From contig JBFWWG010000004.1 of NCBI GenBank assembly GCA_050246315.1, positions 257,127 through 321,126 of the forward strand: a stretch of 64,000 nt of DNA, written 5' to 3'. A program made the position numbers and the translations under genes. Below are positions 53,269-63,922 of this stretch, piece after piece; positions within the stretch are counted from its first letter, which is position 1, and each line of letters opens with the position of its first letter. The notes beneath the pieces are model-generated. The model was not told where the DNA came from and did not search any database. It was given only the letters and a program-made list of their open reading frames with translations. The DNA comes from Nitrospiraceae bacterium. GTDB lineage: Bacteria; Nitrospirota; Nitrospiria; Nitrospirales; Nitrospiraceae.

Positions 53269-53469
53269 GCGGATATTGAAAACCCTTTTGCCTGCCCGTG
53301 GAAGCCGGCACAGCAAGGCATCACGCATGATCTCAGAATCCCGTGCAGGATGGTCAAAAAGGCCGTCCAGCGCGGCCGCAGCGAGCGAGGTGGCGAAGCG
53401 TACTCTTCTCCGTACGTTGAGCCCCTGAGCGACGCGAGAACAAAGCTGGAGGACTTTTTCAACATACGG
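53269..53469. mobile_element. MITE family B, copy 2 (201 bp)
   Basis: Colinear with 422-622, flanked by TTAG and CTAG. Confidence 0.85.
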
Positions 53470-54783
53470 CTAGGCGGCGCGCGACCACCGTTCCATGAGG
53501 CGCCCGGCCGTCTGTTTGCCTTGGCCGATGGCGTCCTCCATAGAGGTATGCTCCCAGCGGCCGTACCGGCCGATCGAATAAATGCCGCGCCGTTCCAGTT
53601 CCCCGAGAATCCCAGGCAGTACACGGGCTCGGTGCCGATCGAACAGCACATAGGCATACTGGATATCTTTTACGTCCTGCACGACGAATGCATCCGTCGC
53701 ACGCAGAACCCCGGCCCGTTCCAGGCCGCCTCGGACCTGCCTCAGTAATTCAGCCTCCGGCAACAGGACGGTCGGCCGGTGGGACATCTCGACATATAAG
53801 GAGCTGCAACCGGGGCGGCCGAGTTCCGGAGAAAAATTCATGGGGAAGCCGGCCCGATAGAAGGGATATTCCGGTTCCGGGAAGTAAATCCAATGTTTGT
53901 CCGTAATGCCGGCGCGGGCCACCCCCACATTGACGCTATAGACCGAGACCCATCGAAGGGAGGCCGCCGCTTCCTTCACGGCAGGCGGCAGATCGACACA
54001 ACGCTTGACGAGCTCGGTCACGGGAATAGTGGACACCAGGCTATCATACGACTCCTCCCGACAGTCTTGGCCCTTGCGGAAGAGGGCCCGGCGACGACCC
54101 GTGTGGATCTCGACCAATTCTTCACCCAGCGAAAGATTCTCGATGAATGGGACGAAGGCTTCGGGCAGGATCCTGATCCCGCCATTCGTCGGATAGAGGA
54201 ACGAGGGGTTGTATCCGAACGCCTTGTCTTTGATGCCCAGGGCCCCGTTCACAACATCCTTGATATCCGGTTTCGGTACGAGCCAGGACACCCAGTCGGC
54301 CGTCAGTTCATCCAAGCGTACCTGCCAGAGTTTCTCGTTGAACGGTACCATGAAATGTTTCGCGATCCCCTCGCCGAGATTGGAGAGAATCCATTGCTGG
54401 AGCGACCGCTCGCCGTCGGCAGCCTCCGCCTTCGCGCTCAATGTCGCAATGAATCCCAGAAGACAATCACGCACAACTTCGGGAGGAAGCCCATGGGTAT
54501 TCACCTGGAACGGATATTCGGTGTAGGTCTCATGCGAGTAGATATAGGACCGACGTCCGTGCCGCGTGAGCCGCCCCGCCAGCAACCCCTCTACCAGGGA
54601 TTTAATCTCCGGCTGCCTGAAGTGGAGCAGGTGGCCGGTCATGTCGAAGGTGAAGCCCTCCTTGGTGTAGGACCGACAGAGCCCGCCGACCTCCGACTCT
54701 TTTTCATGCAGCCGGTACGGCAGGCCCTTCAAATGATAGGCAGTGCTCAAACCGGCCAGGCCGGCACCGACAATGTGGATCAT
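53470..54783 (-). CDS. FAD-dependent oxidoreductase (UDP-galactopyranose mutase/PPO-like)
   Basis: ATG 54783 overlaps the upstream stop. GAGLAG, VGGLCRS, GHLLH, GRYGRW. Confidence 0.8.
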   Translation of the reverse strand: MIHIVGAGLAGLSTAYHLKGLPYRLHEKESEVGGLCRSYTKEGFTFDMTGHLLHFRQPEIKSLVEGLLAGRLTRHGRRSYIYSHETYTEYPFQVNTHGLPPEVVRDCLLGFIATLSAKAEAADGERSLQQWILSNLGEGIAKHFMVPFNEKLWQVRLDELTADWVSWLVPKPDIKDVVNGALGIKDKAFGYNPSFLYPTNGGIRILPEAFVPFIENLSLGEELVEIHTGRRRALFRKGQDCREESYDSLVSTIPVTELVKRCVDLPPAVKEAAASLRWVSVYSVNVGVARAGITDKHWIYFPEPEYPFYRAGFPMNFSPELGRPGCSSLYVEMSHRPTVLLPEAELLRQVRGGLERAGVLRATDAFVVQDVKDIQYAYVLFDRHRARVLPGILGELERRGIYSIGRYGRWEHTSMEDAIGQGKQTAGRLMERWSRAA

Positions 54784-55838
54784 GCGGATCGCGCCTTCCT
54801 GGCGGTCCGGATCGAGGTAGGCGCCCCCGACGCAGCGGCCAACGACGCCCTGGTATCGACCCGGAGCAGGGCATAAGCAGCGGCCAGTGCGAGTGCCCCC
54901 GAGAGGAGGCAGATGACGAGCGCCGCCTGGCGATCGGCGAAGATCAAGAGAATGCCGAGCCCGCCGAAGAAGGCTGATGCCGCATAGCTGACGGCGACAA
55001 CCTGCGTCACGCTGAGTCCCCACCGGCGAAGACGGAGCGGCATGTGGTCGGGACTCCCAAGAAACATCGGCAACCCCCGACGGTATCGGACATACATGAC
55101 AAACAGGGTGTCGAAGATCGGGACACCCAGAATGAGGATGGGAGACAGCAGCGCAAGGTCTTGCCGGGCGGCATATTGTCCAATCATGGAGAGCGCGCCC
55201 AGCATGAGTCCGATGAACATGGCTCCGGTATCGCCCATGTAGATGTTGGCGGGATGCCAATTGTAGCGGAGAAATCCCAGCAGGCTACCGACCAACGCCG
55301 CCGACATGACGGCGGTGCCCTGGTCGCCGTTCAGTAAGGAGACGATCAAGAGGCAGGTGGCGCAGACCACGCCGACGCCCGCCGCCAGCCCGTCCATGAT
55401 GTCGAGGAGATTGAACGCGTTGATGAGTCCTACCATCCACCAGACGGTCAGCGCCAGATCGAGCCAATCCGGCAAGGCGGCGATACTGATCCGAATCCCG
55501 CTTTTGATGAGAATAAACACCGCGAGCAACTGACCGATCAACTTGGTCATGGGCGAGAGCACTCCGAAATCGTCGATCAGCCCCAGCATGACCACGATGG
55601 TCCCCCCCAGAATAATCCCCAGCACGTCATGGCGAAATTCAAACGTGAAGGCGAGGCTCATGAGAAACGCCAAGTAAATCGCCAGGCCTCCCAAATAGGG
55701 AACCGGTTCCCGCTGCTGTTTGAGTTTGCCGTCCGGCTTGTCGACGATGTTGTAGAGCAGCGCGGCTCGCCTTGCGAGCGGCACCCCATAGAGAGCCAGC
55801 GCAAGCGCCAGCACACAGGTCACGGCGTAAAGGTGCAT
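54780..55838 (-). CDS. WecA/MraY-family polyprenyl-phosphate GlcNAc-1-P transferase
   Basis: PYLGG, GLIDD, NAFNLLDIMDGL, YMGDTG and multiple TM segments. Confidence 0.9.
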   Translation of the reverse strand: MHLYAVTCVLALALALYGVPLARRAALLYNIVDKPDGKLKQQREPVPYLGGLAIYLAFLMSLAFTFEFRHDVLGIILGGTIVVMLGLIDDFGVLSPMTKLIGQLLAVFILIKSGIRISIAALPDWLDLALTVWWMVGLINAFNLLDIMDGLAAGVGVVCATCLLIVSLLNGDQGTAVMSAALVGSLLGFLRYNWHPANIYMGDTGAMFIGLMLGALSMIGQYAARQDLALLSPILILGVPIFDTLFVMYVRYRRGLPMFLGSPDHMPLRLRRWGLSVTQVVAVSYAASAFFGGLGILLIFADRQAALVICLLSGALALAAAYALLRVDTRASLAAASGAPTSIRTARKARSA

Positions 55839-55847
55839 ATCGTGGCT

Positions 55848-57020
55848 TCACCCCTGGGCGGAGGAGGCCCAGGCTCCTCCGGCGCCGCCCATTAAGGACC
55901 AGGCGCCATTCTTGACAAGATAGTCCTCGTATAATCGTTCATGTTGCCCGACTATCGACTGGATGCCAAATGATTTGCGAACACGTTCCCGACCCCACAG
56001 TCCCATCTCTCTGCCTCGATCCGGCCGCCTGAGTACGGCCTGGATGGCATTCGCGAGTGCAATGGGGTTCCCGGGTTCGACCAACAGCCCCGACTGTCCG
56101 TGTTCGACAAACTCCCCAATCCCGCCGACGGTGGTCGCCACCACCGGCCGCGCCGCCGCCATGGCTTCGAGAATGGCGATCCCGAACCCTTCATAGAGCG
56201 AGGGGAGCACAAACAGGTCAAGGACCGGCAGAATATGCGGCACGTCCCGACGCTCACCGGCAAACACGACGGAATCGCCAAGACCCAATTCTCGGCTCAA
56301 TGCTTCGAGGCGGCCTTTCGCAGGGCCGTCACCCACAATGAGCACCTGGCAGTCAACAGCCGGCGCGTTCCGTTGGATCTCCGCAACCGCCTCCAGCAAG
56401 ATACGAAGGCCCTTCTTCGGTTCAACCAGGCGACAGACCGTACCGATGACGGGACAATGCGTGCGCAGGCCGAGCGCCGCACGCTCCAGCGGTCCGATAG
56501 CCTTGAAGTTCACCAGATCGACGCCGAACGGGATGATGACCGTCCGTCGCGACGATCCTCCGATGCGATCGGCCACCGAACGGCTGACGGCCTGGGAGCA
56601 ACAGACCAGCGCCTCGGTCCAGCGGAGTGTGATTCGATCCATCGTCCGAATGATCCATCCTTCGGTGGCCACCTCATCGTGATAGGAAGACAGGACGATG
56701 CACGATCCGCTCAATCGCCCGACCAGTCTAGCCGCAAGATTCGCCCAAAATAGGAAGGCATGAATGACATGAGGGCGTTCCCTGCGCACAAATCGCCAGA
56801 GCCTGAACAGTATTCGTCCGTCGCCTTTTCCGCAGCCGTCCAGCGTCACCACCCTCACGCCCCGGCGCTCCAACTCCAGGCCCAATCGTCCGCTGCCTTT
56901 CAACGAGCAGACCGTCACATCGAATCGGCGTCGATCCAGCCGCGTGGCCAACTCCAAAACATGCGTCTCCGTCCCCCCGACATCGAGTCCGACGACTAGG
57001 AGCAGGATCTTGTATCTCAT
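55848..57020 (-). CDS. Glycosyltransferase family 4
   Basis: GGTE, PSLYEGFGIAILEAMA. Confidence 0.9.
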   Translation of the reverse strand: MRYKILLLVVGLDVGGTETHVLELATRLDRRRFDVTVCSLKGSGRLGLELERRGVRVVTLDGCGKGDGRILFRLWRFVRRERPHVIHAFLFWANLAARLVGRLSGSCIVLSSYHDEVATEGWIIRTMDRITLRWTEALVCCSQAVSRSVADRIGGSSRRTVIIPFGVDLVNFKAIGPLERAALGLRTHCPVIGTVCRLVEPKKGLRILLEAVAEIQRNAPAVDCQVLIVGDGPAKGRLEALSRELGLGDSVVFAGERRDVPHILPVLDLFVLPSLYEGFGIAILEAMAAARPVVATTVGGIGEFVEHGQSGLLVEPGNPIALANAIQAVLRRPDRGREMGLWGRERVRKSFGIQSIVGQHERLYEDYLVKNGAWSLMGGAGGAWASSAQG

Positions 57021-57062
57021 AGCTCGCCGTCCGCCCTCCGCATGTGCATCAGCGGCGATGAA

Positions 57063-58502
57063 TCACCCCAGGGCCCGCGAAGCCTCTCTCTTGTCATATC
57101 CATCCGTTCCGCCCATGGGAGAGTCTTCATACGGATGAATCGCTCCCTGCCGATCACCCATCAGGATTTCTTCAAACCACTCAAGGTAGGCGGTCACTTG
57201 ACGGCGCACGTCGAACCGCTGCCTGGCGTCCTGCTCCGCTCGTCGACCATGGCCAGCCAGGAGAGCAGGCTGCCGCAAGAGCTGAACGATGCGGCCCGCC
57301 ATCCCGTCCGCATCTCCGGCCGGCACAAGAAACCCCGTTTGCCCCTCCACTACTTGCTCGTCGATGCCCCCGACCGCCGTCGCAACCACTGGAAGGCCAC
57401 AAGCCAGCGCCTCGAGAACGGTATTGGGGAACGTATCGGCCCGCGCCGCATGCACGTAAATATCCGCGGCTTGGTAGTACCGAGCGACTTTCCTCTGATC
57501 GTCCTGAAACGGAACAAAGCGGATCTTGCCCTCCCCGCTCTCTTCCCAGTCCCCCTCCTCTCCCAACGCCAAGAAGATCACTTCCTGTCCACGCAGATGG
57601 GCGGCCACCATCCGCACAGCTTCCTTCATCGTGGCATAGTCCTTCCAGATGTTGCCTCTTACTCCATGCGCGACGAAGAACAGCACCTTCGCCTGCTGAG
57701 GGAGCCCGAGATCCTCACGAGCCTGCCGCTTCTCGGCGTGCTGGAACACGGATAAGTCCACGCCGTTCGGGATCACCCGGGACGAGATGACGGCGGGCGC
57801 CAACATGGATTCCTGCACTCGCCGCATCAGCCAGTGACACGGCGTGGAGACAAAAACCCGACTCTGGCCGAAAATCGTTTGTTTGCGGCGCCAATTGTAG
57901 GCGGTGGCGTCCCTTCTGATGGCCGGGTAAATCGTCAGGTCCGGACATTCCCCACACCCATGTTTCCACCGATCACAGCCGAAGGAATGGGCGCAATGAC
58001 CGCTGAGCAGCCAAGCATCATGCAGTGTCAGAATCAGCGGAATCCGACGACTCAACCAGGGAAGCGCTTCAAGGTCAAAGTAGCCGCCGCTCGGCAGCCA
58101 CGCCCCATGCAGATTGTGGCACTGTACGATATCTGGGGTAGTCCGGAGCCGCTCGTTCATGCGCCAGATTTCAGGAAAAGCGAAATCCTCACGCCCTCGC
58201 CAGATGTTGAAGGCCCGTACCGGTTGGCCGACGGCCGATGTGCAGAGGCGGCGCAATCTCGAGGCTCCTCGCACCCTCCCTTCAAGCGGTCGAAACGTAT
58301 CGCCTACCCGTTGCCACCCTCGAGCCCAAGGCCCACGGCATTCATCGCGCAGGAGACTGATGACATCCGGATCGGTACTCCGCTTCAACCCAACGACCAG
58401 TTGAGAGTCATGTCCCAAGCGGCGATAGGCGTGAAGCAGTTGCCAGGCCACCGCTTCAGCCCCACCGGCGATGTCCGCGGTATTGATTTGGAGAATATGC
58501 AT
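57063..58502 (-). CDS. Glycosyltransferase family 4 (WcaC-like)
   Basis: GGA, TLHDAW..SGHC, CGECP, DTFPNTVLEALACG. Confidence 0.88.
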   Translation of the reverse strand: MHILQINTADIAGGAEAVAWQLLHAYRRLGHDSQLVVGLKRSTDPDVISLLRDECRGPWARGWQRVGDTFRPLEGRVRGASRLRRLCTSAVGQPVRAFNIWRGREDFAFPEIWRMNERLRTTPDIVQCHNLHGAWLPSGGYFDLEALPWLSRRIPLILTLHDAWLLSGHCAHSFGCDRWKHGCGECPDLTIYPAIRRDATAYNWRRKQTIFGQSRVFVSTPCHWLMRRVQESMLAPAVISSRVIPNGVDLSVFQHAEKRQAREDLGLPQQAKVLFFVAHGVRGNIWKDYATMKEAVRMVAAHLRGQEVIFLALGEEGDWEESGEGKIRFVPFQDDQRKVARYYQAADIYVHAARADTFPNTVLEALACGLPVVATAVGGIDEQVVEGQTGFLVPAGDADGMAGRIVQLLRQPALLAGHGRRAEQDARQRFDVRRQVTAYLEWFEEILMGDRQGAIHPYEDSPMGGTDGYDKREASRALG

Positions 58503-58520
58503 CTGCCGGAGGATCAGCGG

Positions 58521-59435
58521 TTACACCACAAATCCGGTCACGACTGTCCATTCTCTGGCGGCGCCATTCCAGGTCAGGACCGGGGCGGGATACACCAGAC
58601 GGAGACAGGACAACGCCGACAACAGCCCGGAGGGAACCTTCGCGAGCGAGTATTGCCGAAACACCTTCCAGATAATCCCTCGCAGCAGACCTTCCGGACG
58701 ACTGCAGGGCCACGCCCCTCTGGCTCGAAGGGTCGCTTCCGCTTCCGCCATGTATTCTACTCGATGCTCAACCGACCGTTGGCTTCCGTGTGCGCGAAAG
58801 CCTCCCAGCAGAGCCCCGACACCGTAGAGGTCCGCATGATCATAGAAGCGAGCCCAGAGTTCGAAGTCGGCAGCATATCGAAGGCGCGTGTCGAGGCGGC
58901 CGCCCGCTCGCTCCCAAAGGGATCGTCTCCAAAAGGTCGACTCCTGCTGGATCCACCGTCGGCCATAGGATCCTTCCGCTGGAAAATTCCCGCCCTTCAT
59001 GTACGAACGTCGATTGAATCCGCCTGTGAAATCGACGGCCACAGCATGGCCGCTGGGATTCCAACTGATCGGATGCACGCTCGTGATCCAATCCACCCCG
59101 GGAAAGGTGGTGAAGATTTCAGCCACAACCGCAAATGCCCATGGCATGTACTTATCGTCGCTGTTGATCCAGGCCATGATGTCGCCACTCGTCCGCTGAA
59201 ACCCCTTGTTGATCGCATCATATTGGCCTCCGTCCGGCTCGCTGACCCACCATGCCAATCGGCTTTCATGTTTCCGAATGATGTCTACGCTGCCGTCCGA
59301 CGATCCACCGTCAACCACGACATATTCGAAATGAGGATAGGTCTGGGCAAGGACGGATTGGATCGTCTCATCCAAGAAGGGAGCGTGATTGAAGGACGGT
59401 GTGACGACCGATATCGTGGGGACTCCGGCTCTCAT
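58521..59435 (-). CDS. Glycosyltransferase family 2
   Basis: [27 protein letters not shown]. Confidence 0.9.
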   Translation of the reverse strand: MRAGVPTISVVTPSFNHAPFLDETIQSVLAQTYPHFEYVVVDGGSSDGSVDIIRKHESRLAWWVSEPDGGQYDAINKGFQRTSGDIMAWINSDDKYMPWAFAVVAEIFTTFPGVDWITSVHPISWNPSGHAVAVDFTGGFNRRSYMKGGNFPAEGSYGRRWIQQESTFWRRSLWERAGGRLDTRLRYAADFELWARFYDHADLYGVGALLGGFRAHGSQRSVEHRVEYMAEAEATLRARGAWPCSRPEGLLRGIIWKVFRQYSLAKVPSGLLSALSCLRLVYPAPVLTWNGAAREWTVVTGFVV

Positions 59436-59444
59436 GGGTGCCCG

Positions 59445-60275
59445 TCAAGGCAACAGCCGGCTCAATTCGGCCTGCATCAGCTCGTTTTGCCGTGCCCGCT
59501 GCTCCGGTGTCGCATAATAATGATGCCGCCTGAACTGGCCCCTCTCCCTCACAAACACGATATCCGCCTGCGACAGCGCCCGATCCAACGGCCGATACTG
59601 AAGCCCAACGATGTCATAAGGCACAAAACCTCGATCCCGCATGGAGGTCAGGAGGTCGCAGCACTCGATCCCCCGATCGAAAAATTTGAAGAACGACACT
59701 TCCAGCACCGCAAACTCGCAATCCCTCAACGTCGCGTTGGCACCGTTGAGCACATCCAGTTCCGCCCCCTGCACGTCCAGCTTGAGAAGAAACGGGCCCG
59801 CAACCCGCTGTTCCCGGACGACGCTGTCGATGGTCACCGCGCGGACCCGGCGCGGGACGCCGTTCACATCCGTCCCCTGCTCCACTTCTCGATAGAGGGA
59901 CGACCCGACGAGATCAGGGTGAACATGGATGTCGATCTCGCCGGACACGGACGAGGCTGCCGCGCAGAGGACATCCATCCCCGGCATGGTCCGCTTGAGT
60001 CGCTCCAACACCGGCAGATACTCCCTGAGCGGTTCAAGGAGGAGATACCGGGCCTCCGGGAATATGGTTCTGCATTCCTGCGCAAACGAGCCGAACGCGG
60101 CACCGATGTCCAACACCGTGGTGGGAAGGAATCCCACATTCCGTGCCTGCTGGAGGGAATGCAAAACGGTCACCCTCGGCCCCGATCCTTCGTTGAGATG
60201 GGAAAGTCGACGGATATCCCATCCGGCCGCTTGAAACACTCTCCGAATTCCGGTCTTGAGCAGCCTCGGAACCAT
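59445..60275 (-). CDS. FkbM-family methyltransferase
   Basis: VLDIGA..G, LEP, LKLDVQGAELDVL.G. Confidence 0.85.
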   Translation of the reverse strand: MVPRLLKTGIRRVFQAAGWDIRRLSHLNEGSGPRVTVLHSLQQARNVGFLPTTVLDIGAAFGSFAQECRTIFPEARYLLLEPLREYLPVLERLKRTMPGMDVLCAAASSVSGEIDIHVHPDLVGSSLYREVEQGTDVNGVPRRVRAVTIDSVVREQRVAGPFLLKLDVQGAELDVLNGANATLRDCEFAVLEVSFFKFFDRGIECCDLLTSMRDRGFVPYDIVGLQYRPLDRALSQADIVFVRERGQFRRHHYYATPEQRARQNELMQAELSRLLP

Positions 60276-60286
60276 CACGCCCCTTC

Positions 60287-61342
60287 CTACACAGCACCGT
60301 CGAACCACGCCTTTACGGTGGAGGCAAACTGCTCGCCGCTCCAATTCCGCACCACAAATCGTGGAAGTTCGTAGGCATTGGTTCCTCCCGTCACCGTGTC
60401 CGGGTAGTTTGAGCACGCGCACGAGAATCCTTGTTCTCGAACCAGCGCCGCCGTCTGTTCCGTATAGTCCGCCCTCGTCCCATAGGGGTAGGCGAAACTC
60501 GTCACGGGACGTCCCAGGATGTCCTCCAGACATCCTTTACTCTCGACAATTTCGCGGAGCTGACTGTCGATCGGTAACGCGGCGAGCACGGGGTGCGACA
60601 TGGTATGAGCCCCCACTCGAATCCTCCCCCCGCCGGCGAGCTGTCGGATTTCTTGACTCGTAAGGAGTCGAGCATCACACGCTCCTTCACTCTCATAGCC
60701 GGCCCACTCCCAAAGGAGGTCGAGGAGAGTCTGTCTCGCCGCGGCCGTCATCGGCCTCAGGATCCTGCACAGGCTCCGGTAGATACGATGCCGCGCGGTA
60801 GGATCCTCGCTCCGTAACACGTTCCAGGCACGGTGGAGGACCTCGCGTTCTCTCCGATAGCAGGCATCACTTCCGAGATCCCATTCATGCACTTGGCCGG
60901 CAATCTCCAATCGCAGCAGCTTGGGGAGCGAAGATGCACGGAGAAATATCCGTTCCAGGTCATCCCACCAAAAACATCGCTGTTGGTCGAGAGACCCTGT
61001 TGCCACGAACACCGTCGCAGGCATGCCGTGCGCCTCAAGAATAGATTTCGCATGATGGAGATTGTCGGCGTAGCCATCGTCAAACGTCACAGCGACCAGA
61101 CGTGCGGTACCCCGTTCCCCACCGGCGAGCCGTTCTATGAGTTCCTCAAGACCGACGACTTGGTAGCGGTCGGAGAGGTGAGCCAAATGCTGGAAGAACC
61201 TCTGCGGCGTGACGCTGAGCAGTTGCGGATCAGACGACGGTTCGGCCACGCGATGATACAGGAGGATCAACCCCGAAGGTCGATAGCGATTGCGTACCCG
61301 TTTCCATTCCCGACGGATTCTCGAAAGGCCGGGCAGGTGCAT
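60287..61342 (-). CDS. Polysaccharide deacetylase (CE4/NodB)
   Basis: LLYHRV, VTFDDGY, GAHTMSHP, FAYPYG. Confidence 0.9.
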   Translation of the reverse strand: MHLPGLSRIRREWKRVRNRYRPSGLILLYHRVAEPSSDPQLLSVTPQRFFQHLAHLSDRYQVVGLEELIERLAGGERGTARLVAVTFDDGYADNLHHAKSILEAHGMPATVFVATGSLDQQRCFWWDDLERIFLRASSLPKLLRLEIAGQVHEWDLGSDACYRREREVLHRAWNVLRSEDPTARHRIYRSLCRILRPMTAAARQTLLDLLWEWAGYESEGACDARLLTSQEIRQLAGGGRIRVGAHTMSHPVLAALPIDSQLREIVESKGCLEDILGRPVTSFAYPYGTRADYTEQTAALVREQGFSCACSNYPDTVTGGTNAYELPRFVVRNWSGEQFASTVKAWFDGAV

Positions 61343-61591
61343 GATGCGTGGTCTCTAGCTCGACGGTGCGCCATCCACGGCTTCGCGCATCGCCGTGACA
61401 ATTCCATTTGCGGGCGAGCCGTCGGATGCCTCCAACATCCGATGAAATCAGGCACAGGTCAAGCGCTTTACGGATTTGTTCCGTCATCCGCACTCGCAGG
61501 GATTCACCCGGAGACTCCATTGCCGCTCGTGTCCGCGACCGGCTCTGACCGGGTCCTCGTGGCCGGATTTCCCCATTGCGGCAACTCGCGG

Positions 61592-62347
61592 TCACGCATG
61601 CCTGGCCTCTCCCGCTCCGGTCACATCCGGCTTGAACGCACGAGCGGTAATGACCATCTGATAGTCTTCATCCTGCTGATCGAGGCAGCCAGGATCGATC
61701 TCGTCGAGCGTCAGCCCATGGAGATAGGCAATCGCAAGCAGCACATTGCCGTGCGCTTGCACTTCCACATTCTTCGACGGCCAACATTCCTCAAGTAATC
61801 GTCTGGTCGATGCCGTGGTAAATCTCCAATAGTCCCCCCAACGATTCATGTCATACCGGCTGATTTGGCTGATTCCGGTCCCCGACATCAAAAGCACCCC
61901 TCCGGGCCGAAGCAGGCGGTACAGTGTCTTCACCGCCGCGTGGACGTCGTAAATGAATTGTAAGGTCTGTGTGCAGATGATGCAGTCGAAGGTTTCGGAT
62001 GGGAGGTGATCGGCACGAGTCAGATCGGCCACAATCGTGACTCCGGCATATCCCGATTGGACATGGAGGACATCCCCCTGCACAACGGCCGAACCGCCGA
62101 ACGCCCGGGTGTAGCGGTCGTCCCCGATTTCCAGCACGTGCCCGCGAATATCCGTTCGGTGTCGGTGCAGAAACCTCTCAATGAACACAATGTCGAGGCA
62201 CCGCTCTCGCTTGCCTCGATCCAGCCCGAACACCCGGCTGATCGGCGTCGCCCTCTGAAGACTTCCAAACCGGACTCGCCCGATTGGAGGCCACGCAGCC
62301 AGACGCTGGCATCGCGCGATGCCAGCTCGGACGATCGACCAAACCAT
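61592..62347 (-). CDS. Class I SAM methyltransferase (glycan-associated)
   Basis: IRGHVLEIG, ADL, FDCIICTQTL, LRPGGVLL, DYWRFT. Confidence 0.85.
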   Translation of the reverse strand: MVWSIVRAGIARCQRLAAWPPIGRVRFGSLQRATPISRVFGLDRGKRERCLDIVFIERFLHRHRTDIRGHVLEIGDDRYTRAFGGSAVVQGDVLHVQSGYAGVTIVADLTRADHLPSETFDCIICTQTLQFIYDVHAAVKTLYRLLRPGGVLLMSGTGISQISRYDMNRWGDYWRFTTASTRRLLEECWPSKNVEVQAHGNVLLAIAYLHGLTLDEIDPGCLDQQDEDYQMVITARAFKPDVTGAGEARHA

Positions 62348-62405
62348 TCGTGCAGACTCCGTTTCCTCCTGGACTCGACAGGTGAGACCCGGTTCAGGCC
62401 GCCGC

Positions 62406-63191
62406 TCAGACGGCCGGCCGATATCGAGGCACCCAGTCCAGCGGTTTCTGGATGCGCGCGCAGATCAGTACCGGGACGTCCGGATCGACGGCGTCCAACT
62501 CGTCTGCCGTCATTTCCTCTGCCGGGATTCCGGCCATATACGCGGTGAGCGAAAAAAAATTTCCGTATGTCTTGACATCACGGTAGGCGTCGTCAATTCC
62601 CATCTCGGAACATACAGAATCGACAAGGCGCGGGGTAAACCACCAATAGACATAGGCGCAGCACCCATCGCCGAGAGGGATGCCGTTGACAGGATATCCG
62701 CTTCGACAGGGGAAGTTGATCAGGAGCACTCCACCCGGCTTCAATATTCGAATACTATGGTAGAGGGCGGCCCGGAAGTCATAAATGATGTGACTCGTGA
62801 ATTGGTTCACAAAGCAATCGTACTGATCCGGCGCCAGATGATCCGCTCTGGCTAGATCGGCCACTACGGTGACGCTGGCACTCGATCGCGTAATGTCGAG
62901 AGCTTCGACGGATGTCACGTTGTGACCTCCGAAATGGCGAACCGTCCCCGTCACGCCGATCTCCAGCGCTCGCCCTCGAATATCAGCTCGTCTTTCATCG
63001 AGGAAGCGGCTCCAGTAGTAGCGCACCACCTGAGTTCCGGCAGCGCGGCCAGGATACGGCACCTCGGTTCGACGCAAGGAGAGACATCGGAGATGCCTGA
63101 CCACGGGGAGTCGCAGCCATTGTTGCCGCCATGAAACGGCACGCGTCGTCAAACGAACCCGCAACGACTCCACGGATGCTGAGAAGTCCAT
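62406..63191 (-). CDS. Class I SAM methyltransferase (paralog of the previous gene)
   Basis: IRGRALEIG, ADL, YDCFVNQFT, LKPGGVLL, YWWFT. Confidence 0.85.
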   Translation of the reverse strand: MDFSASVESLRVRLTTRAVSWRQQWLRLPVVRHLRCLSLRRTEVPYPGRAAGTQVVRYYWSRFLDERRADIRGRALEIGVTGTVRHFGGHNVTSVEALDITRSSASVTVVADLARADHLAPDQYDCFVNQFTSHIIYDFRAALYHSIRILKPGGVLLINFPCRSGYPVNGIPLGDGCCAYVYWWFTPRLVDSVCSEMGIDDAYRDVKTYGNFFSLTAYMAGIPAEEMTADELDAVDPDVPVLICARIQKPLDWVPRYRPAV

Positions 63192-63211
63192 CCCTTCACA
63201 CGCCCTTCACC

Positions 63212-63922
63212 CTATCTCACTCCCAGGCGCTTGGCATAGATCAGCAAAAAGTACTGGCTCTCTGGGACGAGTCTGAACGGCGGCTGCACTCCTCCATTGG
63301 TTTCAGAGTCGAAATCGTTGAGGAGATAGTCGAACCCCTGTCGATCGAGGAGATCCAAGATTCGATGCAGTGTGCGGGGCAGAGTGGGCAAATGGTGGTA
63401 TTCGATCACCATTTCTCTCACCATCCGCAACCGCTCTCCGCAGTCGGCGAGGGTTTCCCATTCCGCGCCTTCGATGTTGATCTTGAGAAAATCGATCGGT
63501 TGCGTGAGATAGCCCCGCAAGCGCACGCAAGGGACATCGTGCCGGGTCCAGCCTATCGGAAGCACGGCCGTGCCGGAGACAAGATTGCTGCCGTACTTGC
63601 CGTCTGAGTGAAAGGCCAATGTCCCCTCCCGCCCCGCGACCGCCGCTTGAACCAGTTGCACGTCGTTCAGTCGGTTCCTCGCTATATTGTCCTGCAGGTA
63701 GCCATAGACCAGGGGATCGGGTTCAAAGACAATGATCCTCGCCATTGGATAGACTTGCTTATAGTAGAGGACCGACATCCCGATGTTTCCGCCACAATCC
63801 ACAATCATCGGATCAGGGATGGTCGAATCAAAATGGTAGATCCGATTGATGAAGATGTCCTTGTACTGCATGAAAAAATTCAGGCCGTCGTTGAAACTCA
63901 CAATGTACGATCCGCAGGACAT
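63212..63922 (-). CDS. FkbM-family methyltransferase (start uncertain)
   Basis: IVDCGGNIG, FEPDP, DFLKINIEGAE, IEYH. Confidence 0.85.
   Translation of the reverse strand: MSCGSYIVSFNDGLNFFMQYKDIFINRIYHFDSTIPDPMIVDCGGNIGMSVLYYKQVYPMARIIVFEPDPLVYGYLQDNIARNRLNDVQLVQAAVAGREGTLAFHSDGKYGSNLVSGTAVLPIGWTRHDVPCVRLRGYLTQPIDFLKINIEGAEWETLADCGERLRMVREMVIEYHHLPTLPRTLHRILDLLDRQGFDYLLNDFDSETNGGVQPPFRLVPESQYFLLIYAKRLGVR

Noticed and set aside
53470..55260. 596-aa fusion ORF
   Set aside because: The N-terminal part overlaps the WecA-like gene in another frame. The real start is ATG 54783.
57834..60374. 846-aa plus-strand ORF
   Set aside because: Antisense shadow of glycosyl- and methyltransferase genes.
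61230..61595. 121-aa ORF overlapping the methyltransferase stop
   Set aside because: No motifs and it overlaps the deacetylase start by over 100 bp, so it cannot be supported as a gene.
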